The position numbers and the translations under genes are program-made. Shown here piece by piece: positions 19,448 through 28,535 of a stretch of DNA of 64,000 nt. Within the stretch, counting starts at the first letter, position 1; each line of letters starts with the position of its first letter. Source of the stretch: an uncultured Kiritimatiellota bacterium (GTDB taxonomy: Bacteria; Verrucomicrobiota; Kiritimatiellia; RFP12; UBA1067). The notes beneath the pieces were generated by a model. The model was not told where the DNA came from. It saw only the letters and a list, made by a program, of their open reading frames with translations, and searched no databases. The DNA lies in the NCBI GenBank assembly GCA_934635045.1, contig CAKTZA010000001.1, positions 82,640 through 146,639 of the forward strand, given 5' to 3'.

Positions 19448-19802
19448 CGTCGGAAACCTTCGTCTCGGCTGAAGCCGTCGCCGCGCCAGAAGCCGTGGCG
19501 GCGGTCGAACTTGTCGGCGTCTCGTCGACCGGCTGCGTCGCCTCCGCGACTTCGCGCTCGGCGGCGCGCGCCGCTTCCTCGACTTCCTGCTCGACCTTCG
19601 CGACCTCGCGCTGGATCTCGTTGTCCATCTCCAGCAACTGGCGCTTGAAGCTCTCGGCCGCGCGACGGAACTTCGCGTAGTAGGAGCCGAACGTGCGCAA
19701 CGTGGACGGCAGGCGCTTCGGCCCCATCACGATGAGAAGAACGGCGAGCAGGACTACCCACTCGCCGGCCCCCACGCTGTCAAAGATGAGCGCGAACGCC
19801 AT
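19428..19802 (-). CDS. tatA: TatA/TatB-family translocase subunit
   Basis: N-terminal TM helix followed by VMGPKRLPSTLRTFG and an amphipathic/acidic tail. Confidence 0.85.
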   Translation of the reverse strand: MAFALIFDSVGAGEWVVLLAVLLIVMGPKRLPSTLRTFGSYYAKFRRAAESFKRQLLEMDNEIQREVAKVEQEVEEAARAAEREVAEATQPVDETPTSSTAATASGAATASAETKVSDDGHQAS

Positions 19803-19808
19803 CTATCC

Positions 19809-20375
19809 TTACTTCTGGAAGATCACGAACTCGCCGCGACGGTTCAGCGCATAGGCGCTTTCGTCATGGCCCTCGACCGCCGGCTTCTCGGCGCCATAGC
19901 TGCGCGTCTGGATGCGGTCGGACGAAATGCCGCTCTGGACGAGGTAGTTGCGGATGATGATCGCGCGGTTCTCGCCGAGCGACATGTTGTACTCGTGCGA
20001 CCCGCGCTCGTCGCAGTTGCCCTCGACGACCACGACACGGCCCGCGTTCGACGCCAGGTGCTGCGCAACGGCGTCGATCTTGCCGAGCTCGCCCGCCGGA
20101 ACGACCGTCGAGTCAAACCCGAAGTAGACCGGATTGAACGCCACATCGGCGCACCGCCGATAGAGGTCTTCAAACTTGCCCTCGCTCGCGCCCGCCAGCG
20201 AAACCTCGGACGCGTTGGTATCGGCGGCCTCGACACTCTCCGTCGTCGAGATGTCGGACGCATTCGCCGCATCGGCGCCCGTGTTCGCGCCCTTCTTCGC
20301 CTTGTCATACTTGCAGCCCGTCACGCAGAGCGCAACCGCGAGAACAGCCAGAACCGTCGAGAACTTCATTGTCAT
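19809..20375 (-). CDS. pal: peptidoglycan-associated lipoprotein (OmpA/Pal family)
   Basis: Lipobox LCVTGC. OmpA-like C-terminal domain (YFGFDSTVV..VVVEGNCDERGSHEYNMSLGENRA..YGAEKP). SD spacing favours the second ATG at 20369. Confidence 0.88.
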   Translation of the reverse strand: MTMKFSTVLAVLAVALCVTGCKYDKAKKGANTGADAANASDISTTESVEAADTNASEVSLAGASEGKFEDLYRRCADVAFNPVYFGFDSTVVPAGELGKIDAVAQHLASNAGRVVVVEGNCDERGSHEYNMSLGENRAIIIRNYLVQSGISSDRIQTRSYGAEKPAVEGHDESAYALNRRGEFVIFQK

Positions 20376-20407
20376 TGCTCCTTTGGTGAATAAAATTTGT
20401 GAAGCGT

Positions 20408-20416
20408 ATTATAGCA
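20408..20416 (-). promoter_or_regulatory. extended -10 (TGCTATAAT) for the pal-tatA-tatC-trkH string
   Basis: Reverse complement of attatagca, ~33 nt upstream of the pal ATG. Confidence 0.55.
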
Positions 20417-20417
20417 T

Positions 20418-20450
20418 AAAAAATCGCCGCAGGGCAAGACCCCACGGCGA
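20418..20450 (-). terminator. rho-independent terminator after gap
   Basis: The minus strand reads TCGCCG-tggggtcttgccctg-CGGCGA followed by TTTTTT. Confidence 0.7.
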
Positions 20451-20473
20451 CTTTTCAACAGACGCGCATGCGC

Positions 20474-21561
<1,088 letters not shown>

Positions 21562-21597
21562 TTTTTCCCGCAACCCTGTCAAGGTGGCCCGCGCGCG

Positions 21598-22113
21598 CTA
21601 CTTGCGGCGGAAGCGAATCGTCGAGACGCAGCCGGGCGAACGCAGGACGGCGTTCGTCGGCAGCGCCGCGCCCGTGAGCTCGACTTCCGTCACGAGCCGA
21701 CGCATCGCGGCGACCTCCGGCACGAGCGTCAGCCGCCAGCCGCCGTCCGGGAGCGCCGTCTCGCGAATCGCGAAGACGCCGTCGAACGCCGTGGTCTTCC
21801 CCGCGACGAACGCATCCGTCGCCGCCCGGATCTCCGCATAGTGCGGCAGTTCGTCCAGCGACTTCTCGCGCCGCCCGTCCTCGTCCACGAACACCATCGC
21901 GTTCGTCGTCATCGTGACGGACGACGCGAACGGCTCCCGAACCTCCCAGACAATGCCCGCACCCGCCTTGCAGCGCACGACGCCGGACGAGACGAGCGCG
22001 CGATCCGAGCCGTCGAGCCGCCGTTCCATCGTCCAGTCCGCCGTCGAGTTGAGCGCCGCCTGCAAGGCCGCGACGGCCGACACTGCCACCAAGATCGAAA
22101 CACTACTCACCAC
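21598..22113 (-). CDS. LolA-like lipoprotein-carrier-fold protein (ApeL-like)
   Basis: GTG at 22113/22110 overlaps the upstream stop. There is a hydrophobic N-terminus (SILVAVSAVAALQA), then a ~150-aa soluble domain whose position matches LolA-like genes of aryl-polyene-type clusters. The fold call is by context and length only. Confidence 0.5.
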   Translation of the reverse strand: MVSSVSILVAVSAVAALQAALNSTADWTMERRLDGSDRALVSSGVVRCKAGAGIVWEVREPFASSVTMTTNAMVFVDEDGRREKSLDELPHYAEIRAATDAFVAGKTTAFDGVFAIRETALPDGGWRLTLVPEVAAMRRLVTEVELTGAALPTNAVLRSPGCVSTIRFRRK

Positions 22114-23450
22114 ACCCCTCCCCTTCCCCGTTCCCCATTCTTTTCCACAAGTCCCGACGCCGCGCGTCCCGACGCGACGTCCAGCGAAAAGGCGAAGCGG
22201 CTCGCGCCTGCGCGCGTGACGGTGAGCGTCACGGCCTCCGCCGGGCGGACGAGCTTCTGGAACTTGAGCTTCCGATACGTCGCCGCCTCGGGGAAATCGG
22301 GAAACGCCTGCCTCGCGAAATGCCGCAGGAAGTAGAGCTGCGCGACGCCCGGCAGAATCGGGAAGCCGGGGAAGTGCCCCTGAAAGCACTCGCAGTCCGG
22401 CGGGAAGACGAGCGTCGCCATCAGCCGTTCCGCCGTCGCCGCCCAGTCGCCGACGACCGGCTCGCGGCACCACGCGGCCAACGCCGCGCGCACGTCCGCC
22501 GCCGTCGTCTTGCCGCGCGCGTCCGTCGGCAGTTCGCGGACGAAGCGGATGCGGCGCGGGAACGCCCGTTCGCCGAGACGAGGCAAAAGGTCGCGCCGCA
22601 GCTGCGCGGCAAGGGCCGTGTGCGTGCCCTGCGCCAGCGCCGCGCGCCCCGCGTCCGACAGCACCACGAGCAGACCGAGCCGCGCCACGTCGGTGCCGCA
22701 CGTCTCCGCCCGCGCCGCCGCGACAAGCGGATGCGCCTCAAACGCCACCTCGACGATGGGCAGCGAGACGAACTCCTCCAGAATCTTGACCTGCCGGTCG
22801 AGCCGTCCCAAGAGGCGGAACTGGTGCGGCGAGACAAATTCGACGGCATCGGACAGCGTGAGCGGCCGCGTCATCGCGTAGGGCGAATCGACGACGAGCG
22901 CACCCGTCGCCGCGTCGCGCGTTGCCGAGACGCCGCACTGCAGGGTAAAGGACGCGCCCTCGGACGAACGGCGCCACGCGACCGTGCCCGCCTCCGTCGA
23001 ACCGTAGATTTCGAGGGGACAGACCCCCAAGATCGCGTGCAGGGCCTTGGCCGTCGCCGGACGCAGCGCGCCGCCCGAGACGACGAGATGCGTCAGCCGT
23101 CCCTTCAGCGTCGGGAAATCGGGATGCTTCACGGCCTTTTCGAGGAAGGACGGCGTCGTGACGAACAGGACGCCGTGCATCGTCGCCGCACAGGCCTCGG
23201 ACAGCTCCTCGACGGAAATGACGACGCCGGGCCGCACAGCGCAGCCGGCGAGACGCGGCGCGCGCTGGCACCAGAGATGGCCGAGCATGTGTTCGGGACG
23301 CGCCGAGGTGACGACCAACGGACGGCTCGCCCAGATGTCGGGGAACGCCGCGACGAGCGCGCGGGCGTCTGCCGCCAGCGAGGCGTCCGTGCGCACGATT
23401 TCCTTCGGCGCGCCGGTCGTGCCGGACGACTGGAAGACGACGTCAGCCAC
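22107..23450 (-). CDS. fusion of an N-terminally minimal AMP-dependent ligase (ANL) and a FabA/FabZ-like hot-dog dehydratase
   Basis: Starts (GTG) at MADVVFQSSGTTGAPK, the ANL A3 motif. Also ..EIYGSTEAG.. (A5) and ..GRLDRQVKI.. (A8-like). The C-terminal ~100 aa carry FQGHFPGFPILPGV (hot-dog HxxxGxxxxP). Confidence 0.75.
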   Translation of the reverse strand: MADVVFQSSGTTGAPKEIVRTDASLAADARALVAAFPDIWASRPLVVTSARPEHMLGHLWCQRAPRLAGCAVRPGVVISVEELSEACAATMHGVLFVTTPSFLEKAVKHPDFPTLKGRLTHLVVSGGALRPATAKALHAILGVCPLEIYGSTEAGTVAWRRSSEGASFTLQCGVSATRDAATGALVVDSPYAMTRPLTLSDAVEFVSPHQFRLLGRLDRQVKILEEFVSLPIVEVAFEAHPLVAAARAETCGTDVARLGLLVVLSDAGRAALAQGTHTALAAQLRRDLLPRLGERAFPRRIRFVRELPTDARGKTTAADVRAALAAWCREPVVGDWAATAERLMATLVFPPDCECFQGHFPGFPILPGVAQLYFLRHFARQAFPDFPEAATYRKLKFQKLVRPAEAVTLTVTRAGASRFAFSLDVASGRAASGLVEKNGERGRGGVW

Positions 23451-23856
23451 GGCGCACCCTCCGGCGCACGAGCCATTCGCCCGCGAACATCGCCCCCATC
23501 AACAGATAGGCGAGACAGCCATTGTAGAACGCCCAGACCTCGCGGCGCGCAAACACCGTCGCGACCGTCACGGCGAGATGGGCCGACAGGAAGACGACCC
23601 ACGCGACCGTCACCTTGCGGCAGTAGGCGACGCCGCGCGCGTCCAGAACCTCGCCCATCCCGCGCGCGAAACGCTCCACCAGCGGCGTACGGAAGAGCGA
23701 AATGGCGAATGCGGCGAGGGCGACCGCGATGACAACCGCCGGATACAGCCGAAACCAGACGTTCGCCTTCAGCAGATAGAGAACCCAGACGAGCGCGACC
23801 GCACACGCGAGGCGCAGGGCCGTTTTCGCGGTTCGCCCGCCCATCGCGCGCCTCAC
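23443..23856 (-). CDS. small 4-TM membrane protein (cluster-associated)
   Basis: 137 aa with four hydrophobic helices. It overlaps both neighbours (4 nt and 8 nt). Confidence 0.6.
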   Translation of the reverse strand: MRRAMGGRTAKTALRLACAVALVWVLYLLKANVWFRLYPAVVIAVALAAFAISLFRTPLVERFARGMGEVLDARGVAYCRKVTVAWVVFLSAHLAVTVATVFARREVWAFYNGCLAYLLMGAMFAGEWLVRRRVRRG

Positions 23857-24110
23857 TTCGCCTGTTCGGCCGCGAGCTTCACGATGACGTCGGCGACGTC
23901 GCCGAGCGTGCGGATCGCCTTGAAGTCCTCGGCCTTGACCTTGAGGCCCGTCTGCTGCTGCAAGCGCACGACGAGATCGACCGCATCGATCGAATCGAGA
24001 TCCAAGTCCTCAAAAAGCTTCGCCTCGGGCACGAGCTTCGCCCGATCCAGCTCGAACTCCGAGACCAGAACGTCCGCAATCGCCGCCAGCACTTCCTCTT
24101 TCGTCTTCAT
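23853..24110 (-). CDS. acyl carrier protein
   Basis: 85 aa with the LDLDSIDAVDLVV phosphopantetheine-Ser motif. Confidence 0.85.
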   Translation of the reverse strand: MKTKEEVLAAIADVLVSEFELDRAKLVPEAKLFEDLDLDSIDAVDLVVRLQQQTGLKVKAEDFKAIRTLGDVADVIVKLAAEQAK

Positions 24111-24115
24111 CCTCG

Positions 24116-24394
24116 TCAGTCCTCCAACGTTTCGCCCAAGTTCGCCGCGATGAAGTTCGCGAGCGACGCAATCGACTTGAAATGAACCTTGTTCTCCGCC
24201 GCATTCGCCTTGAACTTCACCTGAAACTTCTTGCGCAGCGCCGCACCGATCTCCAGGGCGTCGATCGAGTCAAGCCCGACGCCCTCGCCGAACAGCGGTG
24301 CTTCCGCCGGCAAGTCCGCCGCCGTGAGGCCGTCGACCTCCACGCTCGAAAGAATCACCTGACGAATCTCCTCTTCCAAATCCGCTCTTTTCAT
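24116..24394 (-). CDS. acyl carrier protein (second, tandem)
   Basis: 92 aa with the VGLDSIDALEIGAAL motif. Confidence 0.85.
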   Translation of the reverse strand: MKRADLEEEIRQVILSSVEVDGLTAADLPAEAPLFGEGVGLDSIDALEIGAALRKKFQVKFKANAAENKVHFKSIASLANFIAANLGETLED

Positions 24395-24401
24395 GGCGCG
24401 T

Positions 24402-24416
24402 ATTATATCATATAAT
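24402..24416. promoter_or_regulatory. back-to-back divergent -10 boxes in a 31-bp intergenic region
   Basis: The minus strand has TGATATAAT (24402-24410), 7 nt from the ACP ATG at 24394. The plus strand has TATAAT (24411-24416), 9 nt from the GT2 ATG at 24426. Confidence 0.5.
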
Positions 24417-24425
24417 ATTCTGCCT

Positions 24426-25118
24426 ATGCCGAACCAGATTCTTGTCCTGCCGGCCTATGAGCCGAGCCCCCAATTGCCGCAGCTCATGCGCGCGCTTTCG
24501 GACGCCTTTGCCGCCGTTGTCGTCGTGGACGACGGGTCGCGGCGCACCGCCGACGTCTTCGCCGAGACCGCCGCCCTGCCAGGCGTCCGACTCCTCCGCC
24601 ATGCGGCGAATCGCGGCAAGGGCGCCGCGCTCAAGACCGCGTTTGCCGACGTCCTCCGCGCCTTCCCGGACGCGGCAGGCGTCGTCACGGCCGACGCGGA
24701 CGGCCAGCATCTGCCGGAGGACATCCGCCGCGTCGCCGCCGCGACGGACGCGCATCCGGATCGCGTGACGCTCGGCGTGCGGTCGTTCGGCGGACGCGAC
24801 GTGCCCTTCCGCAGCCGGCTCGGCAACCTCTGGACGTGCGGCGAATTCTTCCTGCTCACGGGCACGTGGATCCGCGACACGCAGACGGGGCTGCGCGGCA
24901 TTCCGCGCGCGCTGCTGCCGCGCTTCGCCGCGCTCGCGGGCGACCGCTACGACTACGAGTCGCGCATGCTCGTCACGGCGACGAAGCTGCCACAACCGCC
25001 CGTGCAGATCCCGATCACGACCGTCTACGAAAGCGGCAACGCCACGAGCCACTACCGTCCGCTCGCCGACACGCTCAGCACACAGGCGGCGCTCGTCCGC
25101 GCGGCGCTCTTTGGATGA
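24426..25118 (+). CDS. family 2 glycosyltransferase (short, ~230 aa)
   Basis: ILVLPAYEPSPQL..VVVVDDGS..ANRGKGAAL..TADADGQH (DxD-like). Confidence 0.8.
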   Translation: MPNQILVLPAYEPSPQLPQLMRALSDAFAAVVVVDDGSRRTADVFAETAALPGVRLLRHAANRGKGAALKTAFADVLRAFPDAAGVVTADADGQHLPEDIRRVAAATDAHPDRVTLGVRSFGGRDVPFRSRLGNLWTCGEFFLLTGTWIRDTQTGLRGIPRALLPRFAALAGDRYDYESRMLVTATKLPQPPVQIPITTVYESGNATSHYRPLADTLSTQAALVRAALFG

Positions 25119-25179
25119 GCAGAAAACCGCCTGCCGTGTTCGCCCAGCGCCGCGATTTAAAGTTTTCAAAAATACCCCC

Positions 25180-25209
25180 TTGCGCGTTTTCGCCAAATTA
25201 TGTTATACT
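25180..25209 (+). promoter_or_regulatory. promoter for the tRNA-Asp/tRNA-Gln pair (TTGCGC-18-TGTTATACT)
   Basis: ttgcgc at 25180-25185 and tgttatact at 25201-25209. The tRNA 5' end is at 25232. Confidence 0.55.
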
Positions 25210-25231
25210 ACGCATCACTTTTCGGAGCAAC

Positions 25232-25308
25232 GGGGTTGTGGCGCAATTGGTTAGCGCACTGGACTGTCGATCCGGGGGTTGCGGGTTCGAGCCCCGTCGA
25301 CCCCGCCA
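25232..25308 (+). tRNA. tRNA-Asp (anticodon GUC)
   Basis: Acceptor GGGGTTG/CGACCCC. Anticodon stem CTGGA/TCCGG with loop CTGTCGA. T arm GCGGG-TTCGAGC-CCCGT. Encoded GCCA end. Confidence 0.9.
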
Positions 25309-25329
25309 ATCTTGAAAAGTAAGCGAGCT

Positions 25330-25403
25330 TGCCTCGTGGTGTAATGGTAGCACCGCAGATTCTGATTCTGCTTGTTGGGGTTCGAGTCCCTGCGAGGCAA
25401 CCA
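25330..25403 (+). tRNA. tRNA-Gln (anticodon CUG)
   Basis: Acceptor TGCCTCG/CGAGGCA. Anticodon stem GCAGA/TCTGC with loop TTCTGAT. T loop GGTTCGAGTCC. Encoded ACCA end. Confidence 0.88.
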
Positions 25404-25422
25404 AGTTAAAGAAGGTGAAAGG

Positions 25423-25447
25423 AACTCGGCGTTGCCGAGTTTTTTTG
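25423..25447 (+). terminator. rho-independent terminator after the tRNA pair
   Basis: AACTCGGC-gttg-CCGAGTT followed by TTTTTTG. Confidence 0.8.
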
Positions 25448-25468
25448 TTTTGATGAGACAGGCTTTCT

Positions 25469-26428
25469 TCAGCGGTTTAGCAACCCTTCCTGGCGAAGCG
25501 TCTTGCGCGTCGCAGTCGTGAGCGGAACTTCGCGCGGATTCCGAAACTCGGCATCGCTCCGAAGAGCCTTCAGCGTCCGCTGCTCGAGCCGGAAATGCGA
25601 AAAGACCTGCGTGAGGTCGCCGACGGGTTCGACAATCGGCAGTTCCCACAGGCCCTTCAGCAGACCGCCCGCGCGATTCTGCACGAGGAGGACACGTCCC
25701 TCGGCATCCGTCACGAGAATGGCTGTCGTCCGCCGCACGGGCAGTTCCTTCTTGGCCGCCTTCACGGGAAACGTCGCTTGCGTACCGTGCCGCGACGCGC
25801 CGCAGACCGCCGCGAGCGGACAGTCCGGGCAGGCTGGATTCGTCGGCGTGCAGACGAGCGCGCCCAACTCCATCATCGCCTGGTTGAAGTCGCCGGGTAC
25901 GGCCGCGCGGTCGATTTCGGACTGCAGCCGCGCCGCCAGCTTCTGCCGCGCGGGCAACTTCTTGAAGTCGTCCGCAAGTTCCCACACGCGCGCGAAGACG
26001 CGCGCAACGTTGCCGTCCACGACCGGCACACGTTCGCCGAGCAGGACGCTCGCGAGCGCCGCCGCCGTGTAGGGGCCGACGCCTGGCACCTTCGCCCACG
26101 CCGCCGCACTGTCCGGCCAGACGGCGCGGCCGGACACCGCAAACGACTTCGCCGCATTCAGGAGGTTGCGCGCGCGCGCGTAGTAGCCCAGCCCCTCCCA
26201 CGCCTTCAGCACGTCGCTTTCGTCCGCCGCCGCCAGCGTCTCGACCGTCGGGAACTTCGCGAGGAACCGCTCGTAGTACGGCAAGACCGAGGCGTAGGTT
26301 GTCTGCTGCATCATGATCTCCGACAGCCAGCAGACATACGGCGTCGGGTTCTTGCGCCACGGCATCGGACGCTTCACCGCCGCAAACCACGTTTCCAGGG
26401 CCTTGGCAATCTCAATTCGCTTTTTCAT
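25469..26428 (-). CDS. mutY: A/G-specific adenine DNA glycosylase
   Basis: MKKRIEIAKALETWF..RPMPWRKNPTPYVCWLSEIMMQQT..; HhH-GPD (VPGVGPYTAAA); 4Fe-4S Cys cluster (C..CTPTNPACPDCPL); NUDIX-like C-terminus. Confidence 0.9.
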   Translation of the reverse strand: MKKRIEIAKALETWFAAVKRPMPWRKNPTPYVCWLSEIMMQQTTYASVLPYYERFLAKFPTVETLAAADESDVLKAWEGLGYYARARNLLNAAKSFAVSGRAVWPDSAAAWAKVPGVGPYTAAALASVLLGERVPVVDGNVARVFARVWELADDFKKLPARQKLAARLQSEIDRAAVPGDFNQAMMELGALVCTPTNPACPDCPLAAVCGASRHGTQATFPVKAAKKELPVRRTTAILVTDAEGRVLLVQNRAGGLLKGLWELPIVEPVGDLTQVFSHFRLEQRTLKALRSDAEFRNPREVPLTTATRKTLRQEGLLNR

Positions 26429-27659
26429 CTTGTGCGCAAAAGGACAATTTGCGCGATAGTATAGCATATCGCGAACGGAGCCACAAACCACCCGCCGCAG
26501 ATAACGGCTTCGTCGCGACTTCGGTCGTCGCGGCAATCGCCGTCGGCAGACCCGTTTTCGCGTCCGTCGCCGCAATCCCGCCGAACGTGCCGCGCACGTA
26601 AACAAGCGCATAGCGTTCGCCGTCCCGCACCGTCGAGCCGTCCGCGTAGCGGTCTGGCCCCGGCGTCGAGAACGTGACGAGGAGATTCGACGCATCGCCA
26701 AAGCAAAGGCCCGCCGCCGCCGCGTTGAAGAGGGTCGCGACCGTGACGGGCTTGCCGTCAATGTCCGCGAACGGGACTGCGAGAATCGTCAGCGCGTTCT
26801 TCGCGACCTGAACGACGCCAACCTTAACAATCTCCATCTCCTTCGTCTCCGTCGTCCCATCCTGCGCCATCTTCGCCCGCAATCGACACCGTGGCCTTGC
26901 CGGCGTTGGTATTCGTCAGCGTCTTGCCGTTCAGGTCGAGCGTTACCCTTTCTTCACGCCGAAGGTGCTTTCGCTATACGTTGTCGGGATGTAACCTTCC
27001 GCACAATACGCCTCGTCAATCGCCGTGGAGAACACGCCGCCGTAGCCCGCCTCGGACGTCACCGCACTTTCGTTTTTCAGTGTGACCGTGTTCCCTGTCG
27101 TCGTGCCGTTCGTGAAGAGACCATGCATCTTGTCGCCCGTCGTCGTCAGCGGCGCGGTTGTCAGCGTGACCCCATCGAGCGTGAGGGACTTGTTCGAGCC
27201 GCAGACCGCTGCGCCATGCCAAGAGGTCTTGATCGTGCCGTTCAAGATTTCCAGCGTCTTGGTCTCTGTGTCACTCTCGTTCTCGCCAACCGCACCCATC
27301 ACAATCGCCGGGTTCCTACCACCGTAGGACTTGATCGTATGCCCGTTCAGGTTCAGCTTTGCCGAAGCGAACGAGCCCGACGACGGCACTTTCACCGCGC
27401 CCTCGGAGTCCGTGCAGTACCAGTCGTTCAAGAGCGTGACCTCCAAGCCGTTCGCATGGGTGAACGCCGTCTCAGATTCACCGTAAATCCACTTTTACCC
27501 GTCCTCTTCAACGAGCAAGCCACCATCATTGTTGACCGCATCGCGAGGCGCAACCGTACGCGCACCCTTGTTGAGGACGACCTTGCCGCTCCGATTGTTG
27601 CTACCGACCTCGAAGGTCAAGTCGTCAGCAAGGACAAGGGTTAGCGTCTTTGTGCTTTT
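26412..27659 (-). pseudogene. decayed beta-helix/adhesin-like surface protein gene
   Basis: Segments 27498-27659 and 26943-27494 share one frame and are separated only by TAA at 27495-27497. Repeated L(N/D)LNG(H/K)T.. / LTLDGVTLTT strands are present. A further piece (TLDLNGKTLTNTNAGKATVSIAG, 26883-26945) and ORF 26412-26882 lie in other frames. No start or signal peptide was found. Confidence 0.5.
26458..26466 (-). promoter_or_regulatory. extended -10 (TGCTATACT) for mutY
   Basis: Reverse complement of agtatagca, ~30 nt upstream of the ATG at 26428. Confidence 0.45.
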
Positions 27660-27671
27660 CCCCCCCCCCCC
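27660..27671. repeat. homopolymeric C12 (G12 on the coding strand) tract
   Basis: 12 consecutive C at 27660-27671, exactly at the junction between the decayed ATPase and the adhesin-like reading frame. Confidence 0.9.
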
Positions 27672-28535
27672 AGAAACTGCACGAAACACGCACACATCAA
27701 CGTCTTTGTTGCAGTTTACGTGCCAGTCACGCAATGTGCCGTCCGCCTCGACCGTCACGAAGTCCGCCTCCCGACCATACGGCGTGTAGACTTTCTCATG
27801 CGTCCGCCGCAGTTCCAGATACAGCTCGTTGAGCGCGACGCGCTCCGCCTCAAATGTCGGCGCCGCGCCAAACCGCCACGCCCGCAACGCGAGATCCGTG
27901 TAGAACAGGCGCACGCCGCACTTCGGGATGACGCGCTTCTCGAACACGTCGAAGACTTCCGACGCCTCGACGAGATAGCACAGTTCCAGCGCCTTGCGGT
28001 AGGCGCGGATGGAATTCGCCGCAATCGCCCGTCCGCACACGCGCAGTTCCGCCGCGACCTCGCGCAGGGTCGTCCGGCTCGCCCAGATGGTCGGACAGGA
28101 ACTCCGCCAACGCCTCCTTCGCCCGAATGTCCGGGTGGTTCACGCAACAGGCGACATCGCGCATGAAAATCTGGCACCAGATCCGCTCCAGTTCGCACGG
28201 CGAGCGCGACAGGTGCGGATCCGTCCACTGCCGGAACGCGCACACCCACGGGTACGGACGAAACGCCTCGTCGCCCGCGCCGACGGCGGTGGCCGTGGAC
28301 GACGCGACCCAGACATTCCACGCCGGCAGCTCGTGCAGGCGACGCAACAGTTCGGCGTGTTCGCCGACGCGGCTGATCTCGTCGAGAAACAGGTAGCGCG
28401 GCATCGCGCACCCGTCTTGTTCGCGCCGCGCACGCCGACAATCGCCTTGATGCGCGCATCCTCCAGATGGGCCGCCGCCCAACTCTTCAGGTCACGCGCG
28501 GACGTCTCGTCCATCGTCTTCCCGTCGCCTGTCAT
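27672..28535 (-). pseudogene. AAA_14/DUF4143-type ATPase, frameshifted and internally deleted
   Basis: Three frames carry consecutive parts. First: ..IKAIVGVRGANKTG (Walker A). Second: MPRYLFLDEISRVGEH.. (Walker B). Third: ..RVIPKCGVRLFYTDLAL..YTPYGREADFVTVE (DUF4143 tail). Confidence 0.65.

Noticed and set aside
26412-26882. ORF 26412-26882 as an independent 156-aa gene
   Set aside because: It overlaps the mutY start and promoter, has no own promoter or SD, and is contiguous with the frame-shifted adhesin-like fragments upstream. It is treated as part of the pseudogene.
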